From contig JAWOEX010000028.1 of the NCBI GenBank assembly GCA_046482545.1, positions 295,778 to 359,777 of the forward strand: a DNA stretch of 64,000 bases. Direction: 5' to 3'. A program made the position numbers and the translations under genes. Each line of letters opens with the position of its first letter. Positions within the stretch are counted from its first letter, which is position 1. The stretch comes from Candidatus Thorarchaeota archaeon (GTDB taxonomy: Archaea > Asgardarchaeota > Thorarchaeia > Thorarchaeales > Thorarchaeaceae). The notes under the pieces are model-generated. The model was not told where the DNA came from. It ran no database searches and saw nothing but the letters and a program-made list of their open reading frames with translations. Shown one piece after another: positions 58,393-64,000 of the stretch.

Positions 58393-59799
58393 TTGGACGA
58401 GAGCACTATTGAGAGAATCTCTCGGGTGGTCGGGAAGGACTACATTTCAACAAGAGAAGACGTACTTCTAAGTTACTCAGCCTCAGCATCTACAGGGTAC
58501 GATTCTGTGAAACCAGGGGCAGTGGTTAGGCCTAGCTCAACAGAAGAGGTTTCAGAAATAGTGAAGATAGCCAATGAGGAAAGCATCAAGGTAACTCCTC
58601 GTTGTGGAGGTTCAAGTCTCCAGGGTGAAGTCATACCCTCGGAAGGGGGCTTGGTGATTGAGCTCATGCGACTGGATAGCTTCAAGCTGCATGAAGAGCT
58701 AAGGTCTGCTACTGTTGGTGCAGGTATCACCTTTGGCAAGCTTGACAAACTCCTGAAGCCCCATGGCCTCTGGCTGCCTGTATACCCAGAATCCTCCCTC
58801 GTTGCTACAGTTGCTGGAAATGTTGCAGTCAATGGAGCAGGACCTGGATCCACAGTTTATGGCTGTATCGCAGAGATGGTGTTAGGATTGGAAATTGTAC
58901 TGCCTAACGGCCGAATAATCCAAACCGGCTCAGAAGGCAATCCAAACGCACCGGGTCCGTTTTTGAGATATGCGTTTGGGCCCGACCTGACCGGACTTTT
59001 CATTGGTTCGTTAGGAAGTCTCGGAATCATCACCAAGGTTTCTGTTAAGCTTTTCAAACGCATGGAAAAGTTTCACTACGAGACTTATGGATTTGAAGAA
59101 GCAGATCAGGCTGAGAGATTTGTGGTAGGCTTGAATGATAACAATGTGAATGCCGTTTTCTCATCAATTTACGAAGGGCGGATTCTCGATTTCTTCATGG
59201 ACATGCTCGGCGAGGAATACGGTATACCTGATTATGACTGGCCACCATACACTGTATCTGTTACAATGGGTCGTTTACGAAAAGACCAGCTTGAGAGCGA
59301 TGTGAATCATGCAGCTGAGATTTGCAGGAGCCTAGGTGGGCACGTCGTCGGTATATCTGAACTGCCACGCGGGGAGTGGGATGATCGTATGCGGACTTTT
59401 GCGAGATCATCATATGCTCACGGATGGCACTGGCGCATTCTCTATCATCATCAGACGGTATCTAACTGGCACAAATCAGTCGAAGCTATCTGGAATGTGA
59501 TGGATGAATATGCTCTACTCGGACACACAGCGGGTTTTGCTACTGGTCACAGCAGTTACAACTTCTACCCGCACCTATACTATTTCCCAGAGGACGAGGA
59601 CGAACAAAAGAGAGTAAGAGAAGCTCATATCGACCTTTCTAAGAGGCTCTTCGAGACTGGTGCAGTTCCCTTCAAGCTTGCGCCGTATTGGGTTGAGGGC
59701 GTTGATGAGATGGAAGACTACATGAATCTTTTGAAGAGTATTAAGGATGTAATAGATCCGAAGGGTATCATGCATCCCGGTGTCCTAGGAGGGCTTTGA
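58393..59799 (+). CDS. FAD-binding oxidoreductase (GlcD/VAO-PCMH family)
   Basis: P.AVVRP.S.EEV, RCGGSSLQG, LGLEIVLP.G, GS.GSLGIIT, DP.GIMHPG. Confidence 0.9.
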   Translation: MDESTIERISRVVGKDYISTREDVLLSYSASASTGYDSVKPGAVVRPSSTEEVSEIVKIANEESIKVTPRCGGSSLQGEVIPSEGGLVIELMRLDSFKLHEELRSATVGAGITFGKLDKLLKPHGLWLPVYPESSLVATVAGNVAVNGAGPGSTVYGCIAEMVLGLEIVLPNGRIIQTGSEGNPNAPGPFLRYAFGPDLTGLFIGSLGSLGIITKVSVKLFKRMEKFHYETYGFEEADQAERFVVGLNDNNVNAVFSSIYEGRILDFFMDMLGEEYGIPDYDWPPYTVSVTMGRLRKDQLESDVNHAAEICRSLGGHVVGISELPRGEWDDRMRTFARSSYAHGWHWRILYHHQTVSNWHKSVEAIWNVMDEYALLGHTAGFATGHSSYNFYPHLYYFPEDEDEQKRVREAHIDLSKRLFETGAVPFKLAPYWVEGVDEMEDYMNLLKSIKDVIDPKGIMHPGVLGGL

Positions 59800-60965
59800 T
59801 TTCAATGGAGGTTAATATGGACGACCTCATGGATGCGTTGTCTCAGTGCAGGAGGTGCGGCATCTGCAGAAATGCGGTATATGACGCAAGGGGTTTCGAT
59901 GGGGTATGTCCAGTATATGAGAACTCTACAGGTTTTGAGACATCATTCATGCGTGGCAAAATAATGGTAGCACTTGCTCTCCTGAAGGGTGAACTTGAAA
60001 GGACAACTCAAAATAGCGAGTCTCTGTTCGATTGTACTTTGTGTGGTAATTGTACCCAAATCTGCCCCTCAGAATTCGAGCCTGCCCATACGCTTGAATC
60101 TGTTCGTAGCGTTTTGGGTGAGATACCTAACCCAGTTCGAGAAGACATAGCTGCGAAAATAATTTCAAACAACAATCCATATGAAGGAGACAATTCTCAG
60201 AAAAGAGAATGGGTTTCTGAACTCGATTTTGATGTTTCTACCAAGGCGGACACATTATATTTTGTAGGCTGTACGACGGGAATGCGAATACCAGAAGTAG
60301 CGAAGAACACCGCCAAGGTGCTTGATGCTGCGGGCGAAGATTTTGCGGTACTGGAAGAGGAACCCTGTTGTGGCTCGGTGCTTTTGCGAACAGGAAAAGC
60401 AGACGAAGCCATTGAAACAGCCAGAAGATTATCCGAAGCAATCGAGAAATCAGAGGCAAAAAGGATAGTGGTTTCATGTGCAGGTTGTCTCAAGACTCTG
60501 AGAGAAGACTTTCCAGCGAAGTTCGGTACCGAACTGCCAGAAGTGTTGCACGTCCTACAACTCGTGGACGAACTGATTGCCAAGGGGGACTTGAAACTAA
60601 AGCCACGGCCAGGAAAGAATACCGTCACGTACCATGATCCTTGTCATATGGGTCGGGAGCTCGGAGTCTACGAGATTCCAAGACGGACCATCCAAGCTAT
60701 TCCAAACGTCAATCTTGTAGAAATGGAAACAAATCGTGCTACTGCTATGTGTTGTGGAGCTGGTGGGGGCCTACGCTCGTATGATTCGGATTTGGCCAAG
60801 GAGATAGCATCTAAAAGGGTAGAGGATGCTGTCGAAACAGGAGCGAACATTTTGACCACCGCCTGCCCATTCTGTGAGCTCAATCTTCAATCTGGAGCGA
60901 AAATTCTCAGTAAGGATATGCCCGTTAGAGATGTCATCAGCCTGCTTGCAGAAAGTCTGGAATAG
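59796..60965 (+). CDS. Fe-S oxidoreductase with CCG domains (GlcF/GlpC/HdrD-like)
   Basis: CRRCGIC...CP, CTLCGNCTQICP, CCG twice, YHDPCH.GR, TACP.C. Confidence 0.9.
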   Translation: MISMEVNMDDLMDALSQCRRCGICRNAVYDARGFDGVCPVYENSTGFETSFMRGKIMVALALLKGELERTTQNSESLFDCTLCGNCTQICPSEFEPAHTLESVRSVLGEIPNPVREDIAAKIISNNNPYEGDNSQKREWVSELDFDVSTKADTLYFVGCTTGMRIPEVAKNTAKVLDAAGEDFAVLEEEPCCGSVLLRTGKADEAIETARRLSEAIEKSEAKRIVVSCAGCLKTLREDFPAKFGTELPEVLHVLQLVDELIAKGDLKLKPRPGKNTVTYHDPCHMGRELGVYEIPRRTIQAIPNVNLVEMETNRATAMCCGAGGGLRSYDSDLAKEIASKRVEDAVETGANILTTACPFCELNLQSGAKILSKDMPVRDVISLLAESLE

Positions 60966-61302
60966 GAAAGAGGTGGACATCGGCTCGAGCACCTATTTCT
61001 AGGGCTTTTTGGGATCCACCCCTTGTAATCATGAAGGGGGCTCCATTTTTGTGCGGAATTAGCCTCTCTTTGAACCGAAGGGTAAGAGCCGGAAGCCTCT
61101 GTTGCGAGGATTCCTCTCAGCATTTCCTGCACTACCAAGCTAGGCATTCTGATAGCTTGTGGAGCTGATGCTCCAGTATCGATGTCCGCTAGAATTATAG
61201 CACATTTCTTCTCATAAGCATTGGGATACTATTCTATGGTCATAAAACTTTATAAGAAAGTCTAGAGGGGTATATCAAGATGGCCCGGAGGAAACAAGAA
61301 GA

Positions 61303-62373
61303 ATGGATAGCAGCATTAAGGTAGCTCTGATCGGAATCGGTAACTGTGCATCAGCTCTCATCCAAGGTCTTGAGTACTACAAGGATGCGGGTTTCAATGG
61401 AGAACACATCGGTTTGGACCACTTGGATTTCGGAGGCTATCATGTTTCCGATATCGAGATTGTTGCAGCTTTCGACGTAACCGAAAGTAAAGTTGGAAAG
61501 GATCTTTCCGAGGCCATACTTGCGGAACCGAATAATGTCATGCGGTTTGCTGACGTAGACAATCTCAACGTCAATGTTCACATGGGCAAACCTCTAGATG
61601 GTGTAGATGAGAATCTCAAGAAGCTTGTTACGATATCTGATGAGAAGGAAGCAGACATAGTAGAAGTACTAAAGGACTCAGGAGCAGAAATCGTCCTAAA
61701 CCTGTTGCCTGGTTCAGCCGAAGAAGCTACCGAGTTTTACGCCGAAGCAGCATTGGACGCAGGATGCGCTTTCATCAACGGTACGCCAATTCCTATAGCT
61801 TCTAATGAAGTATGGAGCAAGAAATTTGAAGCAGCGAAAATTCCGCTCGTCGGTGATGATATTCAGGATCAACTTGGTTCCACTATCTTGCATCGCAACA
61901 TACTGCAACTTCTTGTAGCTCGTGGCGTCAAAGTGGACGAGAGCTATCAATTAGATGTTGGTGGTGGAGCAGAGTCTCTGGACTCGCATTATAGGGGAAG
62001 ACTACGGAAAAGAAAGGTCAAAAGCTCAGCCGTGGGTCAAGATCTTCCTTACGACGCACCATTGGTTGCGGGTTCAAGTGACTATGTCCCGTTCATGGAC
62101 AATAGCCGAGATTCATACTTCTATATCCATGGCAGGCAATTCGGTGGCGCACCTATCAAGGTGGATATCCGCATGGAAGTCACAGATGGACCTAATGCTG
62201 GCCCAATACTTCTCGATGCTATCAGGTGCACAAAACTTGCACTCAAGCGAGGGATAGGTGGGTCTCTGGAATCAATATCAGCGTATGGCTTCAAGTTACC
62301 ACCCAAGCCAACCAAGATGTATAAAGCTGAACGCTGGGTTGAGGAGTTTTTGCTGGGAAAGCGTAAGCGTTAG
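61303..62373 (+). CDS. ino1: myo-inositol-1-phosphate synthase
   Basis: IGIGNCASAL.QG, AFD...KVGKDLSEAI, FIN..P, GDD...Q.G.T..HR, D.PN.G....DAIRC.K.A. Confidence 0.9.
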   Translation: MDSSIKVALIGIGNCASALIQGLEYYKDAGFNGEHIGLDHLDFGGYHVSDIEIVAAFDVTESKVGKDLSEAILAEPNNVMRFADVDNLNVNVHMGKPLDGVDENLKKLVTISDEKEADIVEVLKDSGAEIVLNLLPGSAEEATEFYAEAALDAGCAFINGTPIPIASNEVWSKKFEAAKIPLVGDDIQDQLGSTILHRNILQLLVARGVKVDESYQLDVGGGAESLDSHYRGRLRKRKVKSSAVGQDLPYDAPLVAGSSDYVPFMDNSRDSYFYIHGRQFGGAPIKVDIRMEVTDGPNAGPILLDAIRCTKLALKRGIGGSLESISAYGFKLPPKPTKMYKAERWVEEFLLGKRKR

Positions 62374-62438
62374 CAAGACATAGTAATCAGGCGTTCAGTA
62401 AAATAGAAGATAGCTGGGCTCTAATCAGCCTAATCTTC

Positions 62439-63107
62439 TCATTTCTTCGGTTCATTTAAGGATTCATTATCTCCCTCAAGGACTGATTCGTCATCATAAG
62501 GGGCTTTCCTTGGATTCTGCTTTCGTTCTTCAAGAACCTCTTCCAAAACAGTGGGTTGCTTCGCTTTTTCTCTAGCAAGGAGATACAGCGTAATTATAAT
62601 CGTAAGGCCAACAGACGCGATAGCCATGGGTATCGAAGAGAAGAACCCACCAACCGTATATCCTATGTACGCCCCCGCTAAGGTGACTAAGACCTTGCCT
62701 GTGAAGTAGCTAATGATAAACTTTGGAGCACTATATTCTGTAAACCCCACATACACGATTACTGGGTCATCGGGCATGGGAGAAGCAGCAGCCAAAAACA
62801 ATGCAAACGCGCCCCATTTTTCCACGCGCTGTTTTTCTGCTTCCAACTGTTGAAGCCGCCTTTCAGATAGGACGATTCGTGAGCTTCGTATAAGCCAGTA
62901 ATGAATACTCTTCGCAGTAGTCGACGCCGCTGCTACAATGAAACCGATTGAGATCCAATCAATCATAGGCAAAAGAACAGAAGCCACGCCAGCTACTACC
63001 ATGTTGGAAGGAGCCACTGGGGAAAGATTCAGTAATAAGGAAGCCAGAAATAAACCTAGATGCCCTTGGACGATAAGGTCAATAATGAATTGCGTGACGT
63101 CCTGCAT
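62439..63107 (-). CDS. VTT/DedA-like (SNARE-associated) membrane protein
   Basis: FLAAASPMPDD....G...Y....F......GK motif. Confidence 0.8.
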   Translation of the reverse strand: MQDVTQFIIDLIVQGHLGLFLASLLLNLSPVAPSNMVVAGVASVLLPMIDWISIGFIVAAASTTAKSIHYWLIRSSRIVLSERRLQQLEAEKQRVEKWGAFALFLAAASPMPDDPVIVYVGFTEYSAPKFIISYFTGKVLVTLAGAYIGYTVGGFFSSIPMAIASVGLTIIITLYLLAREKAKQPTVLEEVLEERKQNPRKAPYDDESVLEGDNESLNEPKK

Positions 63108-63226
63108 GGCCTAGCTTCCTCCGTACACCTTGATTCTACTGTCAATAACATCCTCTAATACACATTGTTGTGACGACTTCAGTATACATCCCCCCAATTC
63201 TCGAGACAAAAATGCTCAGGACGATA

Positions 63227-63619
63227 TCAACCGAAAAGATCAAGATAGGCCTCAAGCAGTTGCCTGAGCTCACCTAGGTTAGAAATGATTCGGAAATCTA
63301 CTTCCTTGCCTACTTCGGATAGTATCTCGTTATACTCGATTATATTGTTGTAACTTGATTTCAGTGATTCACGAAAATCACCGCTCTCTGCGCCCTTATC
63401 AAAAAGGACTATGCGGTTTTGCGGTTCGAAGTTGATAACGATACTACGGTCCAAGTCCATTTCCACCCCGCAACGAGGGCATTTTACACGATTCGCTGTA
63501 CCACTGCGAATACTCCGAATCAGATGCTTGTCTTCTGATAAGTCAACATGGTCAATGACTTCCGCCTCAAACTCATGGCCGCATTTTTTGCAAGTTACTT
63601 CTGCCTTTTGCGTCATCAT
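63227..63619 (-). CDS. CpXC domain zinc-ribbon protein
   Basis: VTCKKCGHEF...VKCPRCG. Confidence 0.78.
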   Translation of the reverse strand: MMTQKAEVTCKKCGHEFEAEVIDHVDLSEDKHLIRSIRSGTANRVKCPRCGVEMDLDRSIVINFEPQNRIVLFDKGAESGDFRESLKSSYNNIIEYNEILSEVGKEVDFRIISNLGELRQLLEAYLDLFG

Positions 63620-63693
63620 TTCACCTGAACCGGATATGTTTTCAAGCGATACCGCATGGTGGCATACTTAAGACTTATGACATTACAAAGAAG

Positions 63694-63813
63694 GCAAGTT
63701 TTACAAAAATCCTAACAAATTCTGGTATGAAAGGCTAGGATTCCTGGAAGATTTCCTGCAACTCCTCTCCTGACCACAGATGAAGGGAGTTTGTTAGGCT
63801 CAGTACGGGATCC
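63694..63813 (+). repeat. Dispersed element, degenerate left-end copy C1 (tandem with C2, 128-bp period)
   Basis: TTACAAAA.CCT...ATTTCCTGCAA...GGAGTTTGTTAGGC.CAGTACGGGATCC matches the copy A end and C2. Confidence 0.72.
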
Positions 63814-63820
63814 AGAGAGT

Positions 63821-64000
63821 TAGAAATCTTACAAAATCCTAAATAAATCGGCACATAGAAGTGTAAAATATCTGTAAGATTTCCTGTATGCCTTCTTATG
63901 ACCAAGGGCGAGGGGAGTTTATTAGGCCTAGTAAGAAATCCGAGTCTAGTAGGACTAGGGCGGTGGGCCACTCCCAGCGGGGTACGAGCCCAGCCCCGAA
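63821..64000 (+). repeat. Dispersed element, copy C2 (inverted relative to A and B; probably continues past the window end)
   Basis: TAGAAATCTTACAAAA start shared with A; 82/111 ungapped identity by hand count from AAGTGT to TGGGC. Confidence 0.85.

Noticed and set aside
60966-61245. Possible small or decayed gene on the minus strand
   Set aside because: Interrupted frames and no convincing motif.
445-63671. Numerous short antisense or overlapping ORFs in the six-frame track
   Set aside because: They are shadows of longer, motif-supported genes on the opposite strand or in another frame.
63694-64000. Tandem units as a CRISPR array, or a tRNA at the window end
   Set aside because: The units are ~128 bp and diverged along their whole length, with no identical short repeats and spacers; no cloverleaf or T-loop is present.

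Overview
Gene-dense archaeal chromosomal segment, most consistent with an Asgard archaeon (Thorarchaeia-like). This is an inference from the roadblock/LC7 protein, archaeal-type PPAT, DUF99, the COG1340 coiled-coil protein, bacterial-type MutS/MutL and frequent TTG starts. Most genes are housekeeping or metabolic (mutS-rpe-transaldolase-amidohydrolase-mutL, ferritin, nadE, glmS, ino1, ABC components, hydrolases). No tRNA, rRNA or CRISPR array was recognised. Highlights: (1) a dispersed non-coding element present in four related pieces (~30814-31378, ~48055-48209, ~63694-63813, ~63821-63968+), with conserved ends and a GC-rich core that can fold extensively; (2) a subtilase whose domain order and motifs appear colinear with eukaryotic site-1 protease (SKI-1/MBTPS1), lying between a roadblock gene and a CPBP intramembrane protease gene; (3) a ~1962-aa surface protein gene cleanly split by an intact IS5/IS903-like element (16-bp perfect TIRs, 9-bp TSD); (4) a stand-alone phosphohistidine swivel domain with His replaced by Glu; (5) an EamA transporter fused to an Lrp/AsnC ligand-binding domain; (6) a VIT1/CCC1 paralog pseudogene. 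All family calls come from motif recognition by eye, not from database searches.
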